Origin: Alphaproteobacteria bacterium
GTDB taxonomy: Bacteria; Pseudomonadota; Alphaproteobacteria; Micavibrionales; UBA2020
Direction of reading: 5' to 3'
Assembly (NCBI GenBank): GCA_021413445.1
Contig: JAIOQI010000021.1
Span: 47,871 to 111,870 of the forward strand
Length of the DNA stretch: 64,000 nucleotides
A model generated the notes under the pieces. That model was not told the origin of the DNA, ran no database searches, and saw only the letters and a program-made list of their open reading frames with translations. Both the position numbers and the translations under genes were made by a program. This document shows, in pieces, positions 1-8,837 of this stretch. Every line of letters begins with the position of its first letter. The first letter of the stretch is position 1.

Positions 1-252
1 GATGTCCAGCATCGGCAGGCGCTCGTAATTGACCAGCGCGCTGTTGATGAGTTCCATGATGCCGGTTTTTGATCCCTTGCCGGTTTCATTGTCAAACCCC
101 AGCAGGCTGTCAATTTCCGTCTGGTCGAGAATGCGGCTGTCGGCGGCGGCTTCCTTGGGGGCGCCGGCATTCTCGCCGCCCGCCATCGCTTCCCATTCCG
201 CCATCATTTTAGCCTCTTCACCCGACAAATTTTTGTCTTTTACATCGCTCAT
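1..252 (-). CDS. fliM: Flagellar motor switch protein FliM, N-terminal 84 codons only (gene continues beyond the left window edge)
   Basis: The reverse-complement translation starts with ATG at 252. It reads MSDVKDKNLSGEE...ILDQTEIDSLLGF...ELINSALVNYERLPMLDI, which contains the N-terminal LxQxEIDxLL CheY-binding-type motif and the ERLPML segment typical of FliM. The start overlaps the fliL stop in an ATGA arrangement. Confidence 0.8.
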   Translation of the reverse strand, partial: MSDVKDKNLSGEEAKMMAEWEAMAGGENAGAPKEAAADSRILDQTEIDSLLGFDNETGKGSKTGIMELINSALVNYERLPMLDI

Positions 253-911
253 TGCACCAATATCTCCTGGAAAAGAACGTCGCGCACCCTGACATTCGGC
301 GCCGCGGCGCGAACGCGGCTTAACAATTCAATCTTCAGCCGGTAAATGCCGGAAGTGCCGCGCAGGTCCTCGATGCGCAGCTCCCGCAGATACATCTGAA
401 ACTGATCGACCACCCGCGGCAGGAGCGGCTCCATCTTTTTCTGGTCTTCGGCGGTATCCAGCTCAAGCTTAAGCGAAATCTTTAAAAACCGCGGCTGCTT
501 GCTGGGGCTGTTCAGGTTGACGATCATGTCGGGAATTTCGAGAAAGGCGGCGGGCTTGCCGGCGGCGGCGGCCTCCTGCATCGCGGAGCATTGGGCGAAA
601 TCCCTGTCGCCCTCCTTGACGCCCTCGCAATTAAGATGAGAGCCGGTGGGGATGAAGCCCATGAAGTAAGCGCCCGCCCCGATGGCGATCATCAATAACA
701 GCGGCAAGCCGACAAAAAGAAGGATTTTTTTAAGGGGGAAACGGGATAACGGCTTAAGGGCTTCCGTCCCCTCAGCCCCCTCGGCAGCGTCTTTTTCTTC
801 CGCCGCCGCGCCGGCCTTAGTGGCGCCCTTGGATTTGTCATCCTTGGGTTTGTCATCGCCAGGCCGGTCGTCTTTTTTGGTTTTTTTGTCGTTAGCCACG
901 ATTCCCCACAC
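249..911 (-). CDS. fliL: Flagellar basal body-associated protein FliL
   Basis: 220 aa with a charged Lys/Asp-rich N-terminus, a single TM segment (ILLFVGLPLLLMIAIGAGAYF), and a C-terminal region (FLEIPDMIVNL...RFLKISLKLEL...QMYLRELRIEDL) typical of FliL. It lies directly upstream of fliM. Confidence 0.85.
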   Translation of the reverse strand: MWGIVANDKKTKKDDRPGDDKPKDDKSKGATKAGAAAEEKDAAEGAEGTEALKPLSRFPLKKILLFVGLPLLLMIAIGAGAYFMGFIPTGSHLNCEGVKEGDRDFAQCSAMQEAAAAGKPAAFLEIPDMIVNLNSPSKQPRFLKISLKLELDTAEDQKKMEPLLPRVVDQFQMYLRELRIEDLRGTSGIYRLKIELLSRVRAAAPNVRVRDVLFQEILVQ

Positions 912-1047
912 TTATGGCAAAGTCAAAAATTCTAAACAAATTTCTTCAACCGACGCCTAAAACCCCACGCATCCATCGTGCCACGCTTTATCCGGGCTGT
1001 CATTTTAATTTTAACAAAGAGTCAAAGGGGCAAAAAATTCCCCCTGC

Positions 1048-1063
1048 TGCACCCGCTTTGCCT
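1048..1063 (-). promoter_or_regulatory. Possible sigma-54 (-24/-12) type promoter reading toward fliL
   Basis: The minus strand reads AGGCAAAGCGGGTGCA, giving GG-N10-GC spacing and a TGCA at -12. It sits about 137 nt upstream of the fliL start. This is a motif match only. Confidence 0.25.
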
Positions 1064-1137
1064 TTAAAACAATTTTTTAAAGGCCTCCGGATCATCCAAA
1101 AATAACTAACATGTTGAAAACAAAAAGAAATTATAAA

Positions 1138-1153
1138 TGGCACGATTTCTGCA
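1138..1153 (+). promoter_or_regulatory. Candidate sigma-54 (-24/-12) promoter for flgF-flgG-flgA-flgH
   Basis: TGGCACGATTTCTGCA matches TGGCAC-N5-TTGCA at all but one position of the -12 element. It lies about 100 nt upstream of the flgF ATG. Rod and ring genes are sigma-54 dependent in several alphaproteobacteria. Confidence 0.45.
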
Positions 1154-1251
1154 TTGTTTGTTCCGGGTTAACAACATCCAGCTGGCAACAAAAAAAACAA
1201 AAAGCCGGCGGGTGTTTGAAAAGAAACAGGTATTTTTGAGGTGACGGTCAG

Positions 1252-1974
1252 ATGAACGATCTTTCCCAGACAAACTCAGCACGGCAAACGATGCTGCGTA
1301 ACATGATGGACGTGATTGCGAACAATATCGCCAACATGAGCACGCCGGGTTTTAAATCGGAAAACCTGCTGTTCAGGGAATATATCAACAAGGACCAGGA
1401 TGAAAAGGACAAGGGCGTACAGGCGAATAATTCCAGCGGTTACCGCGACCTGAGCCAGGGCCTCCTCTCCCCGACATTCAATAAGTTCGATCTGGCCCTC
1501 CAGGGCGAGGGCTACTTCGGCGTGCAGACCCCGGACGGGGTCAAGTACACCCGCGCCGGCGCCTTCAGCCTGAACAACAAAAAAGAAATCGTCACCAAAT
1601 CCGGCTATCCGGTTTTGAGCGACGGCAATGCGCCGCTGGTCGTGCAGCCCGGCGCCTCTGCCATCACCGTTTCCGAAAACGGCACGGTCAGCAGCGAAAA
1701 GGGCAACATCGGAAAACTGAAACTGGTCAAGTTTGAAAACCCGCAAAGCGTCGTTCCGGCCGGGGACAACCTGTTCGATGCCGACAGCGCCGGGGAACTT
1801 CCGCCCGAAGACCTGAAGGTGGCGCAGGGCATGCTGGAAAACTCCAATGTCCAGCCCGTTTTCGAAATGAACAGAATGATAGAAATCATACGCATGTATC
1901 AGTCCACGCAAAATATCGTCACCACCGATCATGAAATGATCCGCGGCATGATACAAAAACTGACAAAAGTTTAA
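1252..1974 (+). CDS. flgF: Flagellar basal-body rod protein FlgF
   Basis: 240 aa. The N-terminal rod motif is DVIANNIANMSTPGFK and the C-terminal region is LENSNVQPVFEMNRMIEIIRMYQS. It lies upstream of flgG. Confidence 0.85.
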   Translation: MNDLSQTNSARQTMLRNMMDVIANNIANMSTPGFKSENLLFREYINKDQDEKDKGVQANNSSGYRDLSQGLLSPTFNKFDLALQGEGYFGVQTPDGVKYTRAGAFSLNNKKEIVTKSGYPVLSDGNAPLVVQPGASAITVSENGTVSSEKGNIGKLKLVKFENPQSVVPAGDNLFDADSAGELPPEDLKVAQGMLENSNVQPVFEMNRMIEIIRMYQSTQNIVTTDHEMIRGMIQKLTKV

Positions 1975-1997
1975 CCGTTTAAAAAGGGGATGACACT

Positions 1998-2786
1998 ATG
2001 TCACTGACACTCGATATCGGCGCCACCGGAATGCTCGCCCAGCAGCTGAACGTGGACACCATTTCAAACAACATCGCCAACATGACGACGACGGGATATA
2101 AGCGCCAGCGCGCCGAATTTCAGGACATGCTCTACCAGACCAAGGTCCGCGCCGGCGCGTCATCCTCCGACGCCTCGACCACCATTCCCGTCGGCATCCA
2201 GCAGGGGATGGGGGTAAAAACGGGCGCAGTTTACCGCATCAACGAGCAGGGGGCCCTGCAATCGACCAGCAATAAATTTGACCTGGCTATTGCCGACCAG
2301 GGGTACTTTCAGGTGACCCTGCCTTCCGGCGAAACCGCCTACACGCGCGACGGCTCTTTCCAATTGAATCAGACCGGCCAGATGGTGACGGCGCAGGGTT
2401 ACACGCTGCAGCCGGGGATCACGATACCGAGCGACGCCGTCGATGTGACGATCAACGGCAGCGGGCAGGTGCTCGTCAAAATCCAGGGCCAGAGCGCCAT
2501 GACCAACGTGGGGCAGATCCAGCTGGCGATTTTTCCCAACGACGGGGGACTTGAAGCTCTCGGCAACAACCTGAGCATCGTAACGGAGGCGTCGGGAACA
2601 GCCGTGATCGGCAACCCCGGTGCTGCGGGTTACGGCGAATTGCGGCAATCCTTCCTCGAGGCGTCAAACGTCAACGTGGTGGAGGAAATCACCGCCCTGA
2701 TCCAGGCGCAGCGCGCCTATGAAATGAACTCCAAGGTCATCCAGGCCGGCGACCAGATGCTCAACACAGTCACGCAGCTCCGTTAA
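1998..2786 (+). CDS. flgG: Flagellar basal-body distal rod protein FlgG
   Basis: 262 aa. It contains ISNNIANMTTTGYKRQRAEFQDMLYQ at the N-terminus and LEASNVNVVEEITALIQAQRAYEMNSKVIQ at the C-terminus, the canonical FlgG termini. Confidence 0.9.
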   Translation: MSLTLDIGATGMLAQQLNVDTISNNIANMTTTGYKRQRAEFQDMLYQTKVRAGASSSDASTTIPVGIQQGMGVKTGAVYRINEQGALQSTSNKFDLAIADQGYFQVTLPSGETAYTRDGSFQLNQTGQMVTAQGYTLQPGITIPSDAVDVTINGSGQVLVKIQGQSAMTNVGQIQLAIFPNDGGLEALGNNLSIVTEASGTAVIGNPGAAGYGELRQSFLEASNVNVVEEITALIQAQRAYEMNSKVIQAGDQMLNTVTQLR

Positions 2787-2806
2787 AACAAAGGCCGGGA
2801 AAAAAC

Positions 2807-3769
2807 ATGAAGGCAACCAAGGTCCGTAAAAAACCGAACATGCGGCGGCTGGTTCTGGCGGCCGCCCTGGCCATCTCCCTGGCCGTCAGCCCCGCCTTTG
2901 CCGCCGCCCCGAAAGCGGACAGCACCGTCACGCGCGACCAGATCACGCTGGGGGACGTTTTTGACGGCATCAGGGATAATGCGGACTACTACCTCGCCCC
3001 GGCGCCGGAAATGGGCAAGACGGTCACGCTCAACGCCGGCGACCTGCTGCGCATATCCGAAGCCTTCAACCTGGGCTGGACGCCGGGCAATGGCCCGCGG
3101 CAAGTGGTGATCCACCGCTCTGCCAATGAGATCGGCCGTCATGAAATCGAGGACGCCCTGCAAAAAAAACTGACGGAGACGCTGAAGGGGCAGAAACTGG
3201 AAGCCGAGCTGTTCGACTCTGCGGCCAGCCTGCAGGTTCCGGATCCTGCCGACAAAACGCTTAACGTCGGGAACCTGTCCTATAACGCGGCCCGCAATGA
3301 GTTCAGGGCGGAAATTTCAACCGCGGGCGCCCCCGAGCTTAAAAAGGAAGTGACGGGAAAAGTTTATTTCATTCATCAGGTGCCGGTCCTGAGAGAGCCC
3401 TTGCATCAGGGCGACGTGATTTCGTCCGGAGATATCGATTACATCGACGTGCGCGCGGCGGATATTGCCGCCAGCGTGATCCTGGAGGCGGACAAGCTGG
3501 TGGGCCAGACCCCGCGCCGCGGCCTTGCCGCCATGAAGCCCGTCATGGCCGGGGATGTGCGGCTGCCGGTCCTGATTAAAAAAGGCGACCTGGTCACCAT
3601 GCTGCTGAAAAGCGATCTTATCAACCTGACGGCGCAGGGCCGCGCGCTGGACAACGGCGCCGCCGGGGATGCCATCCATGTGATGAACACGACCTCAAAA
3701 CAGGTCATTGACGCCGTTGTCGCCGGTCCGCAGACCGTCAACATCAGGCCGCCGATGAACATCTTTTAA
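2807..3769 (+). CDS. flgA: Flagellar P-ring assembly chaperone FlgA (start may be the internal ATG at 2840)
   Basis: It has a signal-peptide-like N-terminus (LVLAAALAISLAVSPAFAAAP). The C-terminal SAF/FlgA region reads VLIKKGDLVTMLLKSDLINLTAQGRALDNGAAGDAIHVMN. Its position between flgG and flgH supports the call. Confidence 0.8.
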   Translation: MKATKVRKKPNMRRLVLAAALAISLAVSPAFAAAPKADSTVTRDQITLGDVFDGIRDNADYYLAPAPEMGKTVTLNAGDLLRISEAFNLGWTPGNGPRQVVIHRSANEIGRHEIEDALQKKLTETLKGQKLEAELFDSAASLQVPDPADKTLNVGNLSYNAARNEFRAEISTAGAPELKKEVTGKVYFIHQVPVLREPLHQGDVISSGDIDYIDVRAADIAASVILEADKLVGQTPRRGLAAMKPVMAGDVRLPVLIKKGDLVTMLLKSDLINLTAQGRALDNGAAGDAIHVMNTTSKQVIDAVVAGPQTVNIRPPMNIF

Positions 3770-3790
3770 GGAACAGGGGGAAGAAACCAT

Positions 3791-4555
3791 ATGAGCAGCC
3801 TATCCATGAAGACCTTCACGGCAGCAGTCTGCCTGACATCTCTCCTCGCGCTCGCCGCCTGCGGCAGCATGACCGAGCGCCTCTCCAGCGTCGGCAAGGC
3901 GCCGGAAATCGCCAAGATCGAGAATCCCTACATCCAGCCGGGATACAGGCCGGTGTCCCTGCCGATGCCGCCCCTGGAAGAGCAGAACCGGGAGCCGAAT
4001 TCGCTGTGGCAGGCCAGCCGCCAGACCTTCTTCAAGGACCAGCGCGCCCATAAGGTCGGCGACATCCTGACCATCATGATCGATATCAAGGATACGGCGG
4101 ACCTGAATAACAAGACCGAACGCACCCGCTCCGGCGATGAAAAACAGGGGCTGACGAATTTTCTCGGGATTGCCGAATCGCAACTGGGCAAAGTCCTTCC
4201 GGAAGCCGTCGATCCATCCGCCCTGGTCGATATGAATTCAGATTCAACCTCCACCGGCGACGGTAAAATCCAGCGCGGCGAGACGATCAGCCTGAAACTG
4301 GCGGCGATGGTGACGCAGGTCCTCCCCAACGGCAACTTCGTGATTCAGGGCCGCCAGCAGGTGCGCGTCAACTACGAGCTGCGCGACCTCGAGCTGCAAG
4401 GGGTGATTCGTCCGGAGGACATCCAGAACAACAACTCTATTTCTTACGAAAAAATCGCCGAGGCCCGCATCTCCTACGGCGGCAAAGGCACGGTCAGCGA
4501 GCTCCAGCAGCCGCGTTACGGCCAGCAAATTTTCGATGTCGTCTCTCCTTTCTAA
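3791..4555 (+). CDS. flgH: Flagellar L-ring lipoprotein FlgH
   Basis: It carries the lipobox LALAACGS and then NSLWQ...FFKDQRAHKVGDILTIMI...VTQVLPNGNFVIQGRQQVRVN, which is typical of FlgH. Confidence 0.9.
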   Translation: MSSLSMKTFTAAVCLTSLLALAACGSMTERLSSVGKAPEIAKIENPYIQPGYRPVSLPMPPLEEQNREPNSLWQASRQTFFKDQRAHKVGDILTIMIDIKDTADLNNKTERTRSGDEKQGLTNFLGIAESQLGKVLPEAVDPSALVDMNSDSTSTGDGKIQRGETISLKLAAMVTQVLPNGNFVIQGRQQVRVNYELRDLELQGVIRPEDIQNNNSISYEKIAEARISYGGKGTVSELQQPRYGQQIFDVVSPF

Positions 4556-4629
4556 AAAGTCCGGTGAGGGGGCTGCTGCCTTACCCTCACAACCCACCCA
4601 GACTACCTGTTAACCCACGACCCCCTTAA

Positions 4630-4660
4630 GGGCCGGCTTTTACGCCGGCCCTCTTTTTTT
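4630..4660 (+). terminator. Rho-independent terminator after flgH
   Basis: The stem is GGGCCGGC / GCCGGCCC with loop TTTTAC, followed by TCTTTTTTT. Confidence 0.6.
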
Positions 4661-4779
4661 GATTTATGCTAGCACTCTTTAACATAATATAAGGAGGTTA
4701 TTATCAATAATGAGCGCTTTGAATATAAAAGAATCTGATTATATTGGTCGGGGATCCAAAAGATATTAGGAGACAGGCA

Positions 4780-6516
4780 ATGATCGAGGCAGCGCGCACC
4801 ATGGAAAACGCCCAACAGGGAAAACCGGTTTTTGAAAACGACCAGTGGTTGTGGGAAAAATATTATCCCGAAGGCCTGAGCTGGCACGCCCCGCTTTTGA
4901 AAAAACCGCTGTTCCATGTGCTGGACCAGGCGGTGGCCAAATATCCCCACAATGCCCTCTGCGATTTTCAGGGGAAATCTTTCAGTTATAAAAAAATCGC
5001 CCGCTATGCGGACCAGGTCGCCGAGGGTCTGCAAAAGATGGGGGTCAAGAAGGGCGTCAAGGTCGGTATTTTCCTGCCCAACACGCCTTATTCGATCATA
5101 TTTTTTTACGGCATCCTCAAGACCGGCGCCACCGTGGTGAATTACAATCCGCTCTACGTCGAGCGCGAATTGATCGGCCAGATCGAAGACAGCGAAACCG
5201 ACATCATGATAACGGCCGACCTGAAGTTCCTCACCGACAAGATGGAACACATGCTCATCACCACGCGGCTGAAAAAAATCATCATCTGCCCCATAGCGGA
5301 AGTCCTGCCTTTCCCCAAGAACCTCCTTTACCCCCTGGTGAAAGCCAAGGATGTCGCAAAAATAACCCCCGACGACAGGCATATCCCGTTCAAGGATCTT
5401 ATCGACAATCCCGGCAAGCCGGAACCGGTGATGGTCGATGCCGAAAACGACGTTGCGGTGCTGCAATATACCGGCGGCACCACCGGAACCCCCAAAGGGG
5501 CGATGCTGACGCACGGCAACCTCTACGCCAATGTGCAGCAGACCATCTACTGGGTCAGAAGCATCGAGCCGGGAAAAGACACCATGATGGGCGTACTGCC
5601 CTTTTTTCACGTTTTCGCGATGACCGTGGTGATGAACTGCTCGATCTGGGCGGGGCTGAAGATCATCCTGCACCCGAAATTCGCGGTGGACGACCTGCTG
5701 AAATCGATCAAGAAACACCGTCCCGCCTTCCTGCCGGCGGTGCCGACCATTTTCAACGCCCTCGCCACCTCGCCGCACGTCAAGGACGTCGATTTTTCCT
5801 GCCTGAAGTTCTGCATGTCCGGCGGCGCGCCGCTGCCGGGCGACGTGAAAAGGCTGTTCGAGGAAAAAACCGGCTGCCACAATATCGGCGAAGGCTACGG
5901 GCTGACCGAAACCTCGCCAGTGGCGACCTTCAACCCGCCCGGCGGCAAGATCAAGAACGGCTCGGTCGGCATGCCGATCCCCGGCACCATCGTTGAGATC
6001 ATCGACCGCGAAGACGGCGTGTCGGTGCTGCCGGTGGGTGAAAAGGGCGAGGTTTGCATCTCCGGCCCGCAGGTCATGAGGGGTTATTTCAACAAGCCGG
6101 AAGACACCGCCGCCGTCATCAGGCACGGCCGGCTGCATACCGGCGATGTCGGTTATATCGACGAAGAGGGCTACCTGTTCCTCGTCGATCGCATCAAGGA
6201 CATGATTATGGTGCGCGGCTACAAGGTCTATCCGCGCTTTGTCGAGGAAGCGATCTACAAGCACCCTTCCGTCGAGGAATGCATCGTCGCCGGCGTGCCG
6301 GACATCGAGCGCGGCGAAACGGTCTGGGCCTGGATCAAGCCGGTGGCGGGACGGGCGCTGAGCGAAGAGAGCCTGAAAAAATTCCTCGAGGACAAGGTGT
6401 CCCCCATCGAAATGCCGCGCAAGATCATCATCCGCGACACTCCGCTGCCCAAGACGGCGGTCGGCAAGCTGTCGAAAAAAGACCTGCTGGAGCAGGAAGG
6501 CATCAAGAAGAAATAA
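4780..6516 (+). CDS. Long-chain fatty acid--CoA ligase (AMP-forming, FadD-like), copy 1
   Basis: It has the AMP-binding motifs LQYTGGTTGTPKGAMLTHGN, GYGLTETSP and TGDVGYIDEEGYLFLVDRIKDMI, plus a C-terminal PKTAVGKLSKK. I chose the ATG at 4780, preceded by AGGAG at 4768-4772, over the TTG at 4744 given in the ORF track. Confidence 0.85.
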   Translation: MIEAARTMENAQQGKPVFENDQWLWEKYYPEGLSWHAPLLKKPLFHVLDQAVAKYPHNALCDFQGKSFSYKKIARYADQVAEGLQKMGVKKGVKVGIFLPNTPYSIIFFYGILKTGATVVNYNPLYVERELIGQIEDSETDIMITADLKFLTDKMEHMLITTRLKKIIICPIAEVLPFPKNLLYPLVKAKDVAKITPDDRHIPFKDLIDNPGKPEPVMVDAENDVAVLQYTGGTTGTPKGAMLTHGNLYANVQQTIYWVRSIEPGKDTMMGVLPFFHVFAMTVVMNCSIWAGLKIILHPKFAVDDLLKSIKKHRPAFLPAVPTIFNALATSPHVKDVDFSCLKFCMSGGAPLPGDVKRLFEEKTGCHNIGEGYGLTETSPVATFNPPGGKIKNGSVGMPIPGTIVEIIDREDGVSVLPVGEKGEVCISGPQVMRGYFNKPEDTAAVIRHGRLHTGDVGYIDEEGYLFLVDRIKDMIMVRGYKVYPRFVEEAIYKHPSVEECIVAGVPDIERGETVWAWIKPVAGRALSEESLKKFLEDKVSPIEMPRKIIIRDTPLPKTAVGKLSKKDLLEQEGIKKK

Positions 6517-6534
6517 AAGAAAGGTAAGATCAAC

Positions 6535-8220
6535 ATGGGTTCTGTTGCTTTTAAAAACCCCGCTAAGGCGGAAATGCCCTGGCTCAAAAGCTATCCGGAA
6601 GGCGTGGCCTGGGATCTCCAGGTGCCTGCAACGCCGCTGTTCGCGTTTCTCGAGCAAACAGTGGCAAAATACGGCAGCCACGACGCCATTCACTTTGCCG
6701 GCCATGTCTATACTTACAGCGCGCTGGGCGACCTGGTTGACCGTGCGGCGGCGGGGCTGCAGGCTTTAGGCGTCAAAAAAGGCGGCAAAGTCGGCCTCTT
6801 CATGCCGAATTCGGCTTATTCCGTCGTGATGTACTACGCGATTCTGAAGTCCGGCGGCACGGTGGTGAACTATAACCCCGTCTATGCCGAGCGCGACCTG
6901 ATTTCCCAGGCCGAGGACAGCGAAACCGACATCCTGGTGACACTGGACGTCCCCGCCATCCTCGACAAGGCGACCGCGCTGCTCGACCAGACCCGCATCA
7001 ACAAACTCATCGTCTGCCCCTTCAAGCAGGACATGGCCGCGACCACCAGGACGCTCGAGCTGCCGGGCGATCCCGCTTCCTTTGTCTGGTTCTGCGACCT
7101 GATCGCCAATCCCGGCAAGCCCGCCCCGTTCGCTATCGACTTCGAGAAGGACATCGCGGTGCTGCAATACACCGGCGGCACCACCGGCACGCCCAAGGCG
7201 GCCGTCCTGACGCATAAAAACGTCGTGGCCAACGCGCTCCAGATCAGCAAGTGGTACCACAACGCCGAGAACGGAAAAGACAGCATGGTCGCAATCCTGC
7301 CGCTGTTCCACGTCTTCGCGATGACCGTCATCATGAACATGTCGCTGATGCGCGGCCTCAAGCTTTTTATCATGCCGCAGTTCGACATGAAGGAGATGCT
7401 GCACCTGATCCAGACGGAAAAGCCCAGCTACCTCTGCGGCGTCCCCACCATCTTCATGGCGCTGGCCAGCTATGACCGCATCGCCGAATACGACTTCTCC
7501 TCGCTGAAATTCTGCCTCTCCGGCGGCGCGCCCCTGCCGAACGAAGTTAAAAACGCGTTCGAAAAGAAAACCGGCGCTTCCCTGCTGACGGAAGGCTACG
7601 GCCTGACCGAAGCCTCGCCGGTCGTCACCTGCAACCCGCTGTCGCCCAAAGCGCGCGGGGGCTCGATCGGTCTGCCCATGCCGGGAACGGTCGTGGAAAT
7701 CGTCAGCGCCGAGGACGGCGTGACGGTGCTGAAACCCGGGGAAAAAGGCGAAGTTTGCGTGACCGGACCCCAGGTAATGCCGGGCTACTACAAAAAGCCG
7801 GAAGAGACTGCCAAAGTCCTGAAAAACGGCCGCCTGCACACCGGTGATGTCGGCTACATGGACACGGACGGTTTTGTCTATATCGTCGATCGCATCAAGG
7901 ACCTGATTTTGGTTAGCGGCTACAACGTCTATCCGCGCCATGTCGAGGAAGCCATTTACAGCCACCCGGCGGTGAAGGAATGCATCGTCGCCGGCGTGCC
8001 GGACAAGCTGCGCGGCGAAGTGCCTTACGCCTGGGTCAAGCCCATCGACGGCAACCCGCTCGACGCCGACACGCTGCGCGCCTTCCTGAAGGACAAGCTG
8101 TCGCCGACCGAGATGCCGAAGAAAATCATCGTCCGCGACGAGCCGCTGCCGAAAACGGCGGTCGGCAAGCTGTCCAAAAAGGACTTGCTGGCGCAGGAAG
8201 GGTACCTGAAAACGGTATAA
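6535..8220 (+). CDS. Long-chain fatty acid--CoA ligase (FadD-like), copy 2 (tandem paralogue)
   Basis: It shows the same motif set (LQYTGGTTGTPKAAVLTHKN, GYGLTEASP, TGDVGYMDTDGFVYIVDRIKDLI, PKTAVGKLSKKDLL). It is colinear with copy 1 and starts 18 nt downstream of it. Confidence 0.85.
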   Translation: MGSVAFKNPAKAEMPWLKSYPEGVAWDLQVPATPLFAFLEQTVAKYGSHDAIHFAGHVYTYSALGDLVDRAAAGLQALGVKKGGKVGLFMPNSAYSVVMYYAILKSGGTVVNYNPVYAERDLISQAEDSETDILVTLDVPAILDKATALLDQTRINKLIVCPFKQDMAATTRTLELPGDPASFVWFCDLIANPGKPAPFAIDFEKDIAVLQYTGGTTGTPKAAVLTHKNVVANALQISKWYHNAENGKDSMVAILPLFHVFAMTVIMNMSLMRGLKLFIMPQFDMKEMLHLIQTEKPSYLCGVPTIFMALASYDRIAEYDFSSLKFCLSGGAPLPNEVKNAFEKKTGASLLTEGYGLTEASPVVTCNPLSPKARGGSIGLPMPGTVVEIVSAEDGVTVLKPGEKGEVCVTGPQVMPGYYKKPEETAKVLKNGRLHTGDVGYMDTDGFVYIVDRIKDLILVSGYNVYPRHVEEAIYSHPAVKECIVAGVPDKLRGEVPYAWVKPIDGNPLDADTLRAFLKDKLSPTEMPKKIIVRDEPLPKTAVGKLSKKDLLAQEGYLKTV

Positions 8221-8222
8221 GC

Positions 8223-8837
8223 CTACTTCGGGTTTAACCCGTATTTCTGGGGATTATCTTTAAAAACCTGGCAGAGGTCTAAAGAAGAAAGCCCGCTGTT
8301 TTTTGCCTTGGCGCAAAAGCTTTTGAAATCTTCCAGCGGCATGTCCAGAAGGGCTTCGTTGTTAGTTCCCGCGAACGGCGGGCGCTGGGCGGCGGCGTTG
8401 AATTTTATTTTGATGCTTTTTCCGCTTTTCGACCTGCCTGTTTCATAGTGTTCCGCACTGGCAATATTTACCTCCGGAAAGTCATGGACAACAACGCTAT
8501 TCGTGTTTTCCCTGCGCAAGAGAGCTCTCATATTAAGATGCAATGAAATGACGGCGCTGCCGGTGACGTTCCGCAAGTCAAGGACGGGTTCGCGGAAATC
8601 CGGGGTATAGATTTTTTTCTCCAAATCTTCATGAGGAAGCGCCACGGCGATCTTCATGCCGGAGCGAAGAATGAGGGTGGAGCGCTTTTCCCCCGCTCCC
8701 ATCACGCCCTCCACGGCGGCTATCGAAAAGCTGAAGGGGAGAAAAGTTGTGCCGTCTTCATCCGGCACCCAGACGCGGATCAGCCGCTCACCGGCATCGC
8801 GGGAGAGGAAATTACTCTTGGGGGAAAAATCGTTCAT
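8223..8837 (-). CDS. Hypothetical protein, member A of a tandem paralogous pair
   Basis: 204 aa with no family recognised. It shares blocks with the upstream gene: IAVALPxxxLxxxIYxPDF, RRxxxNxV..DFxE..IAS, G.RSK.G.S..I.FNA, DMP..DF and LDLC..F..NP..YG..P. Its start overlaps the stop of member B in an ATGA arrangement. Confidence 0.6.
   Translation of the reverse strand: MNDFSPKSNFLSRDAGERLIRVWVPDEDGTTFLPFSFSIAAVEGVMGAGEKRSTLILRSGMKIAVALPHEDLEKKIYTPDFREPVLDLRNVTGSAVISLHLNMRALLRRENTNSVVVHDFPEVNIASAEHYETGRSKSGKSIKIKFNAAAQRPPFAGTNNEALLDMPLEDFKSFCAKAKNSGLSSLDLCQVFKDNPQKYGLNPK

Noticed and set aside
914-1105. A 63-codon plus-strand ORF in the fliL/flgF divergent region.
   Set aside because: It has no RBS, its composition looks like non-coding AT-rich promoter DNA, and it overlaps the candidate sigma-54 elements.
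4669-6705. A 678-codon minus-strand ORF. Similar long antisense ORFs occur at 6766-7965(-), 9575-10417(+), 17990-18910(+), 23325-24362(+), 35068-36429(-), 37723-39495(-), 45553-47577(+), 54677-55846(+), 59797-60663(-) and 62245-63945(-).
   Set aside because: Each lies exactly opposite a gene with clear family motifs (FadD, LpxL, SPFH, Rho, thiolase/Add, MnmG, LeuS, DUF255, MreB, PBP2). Their translations are Arg/Gly/Ala/His-rich low-complexity sequence typical of shadow frames in GC-rich DNA, and none shows a recognisable motif.
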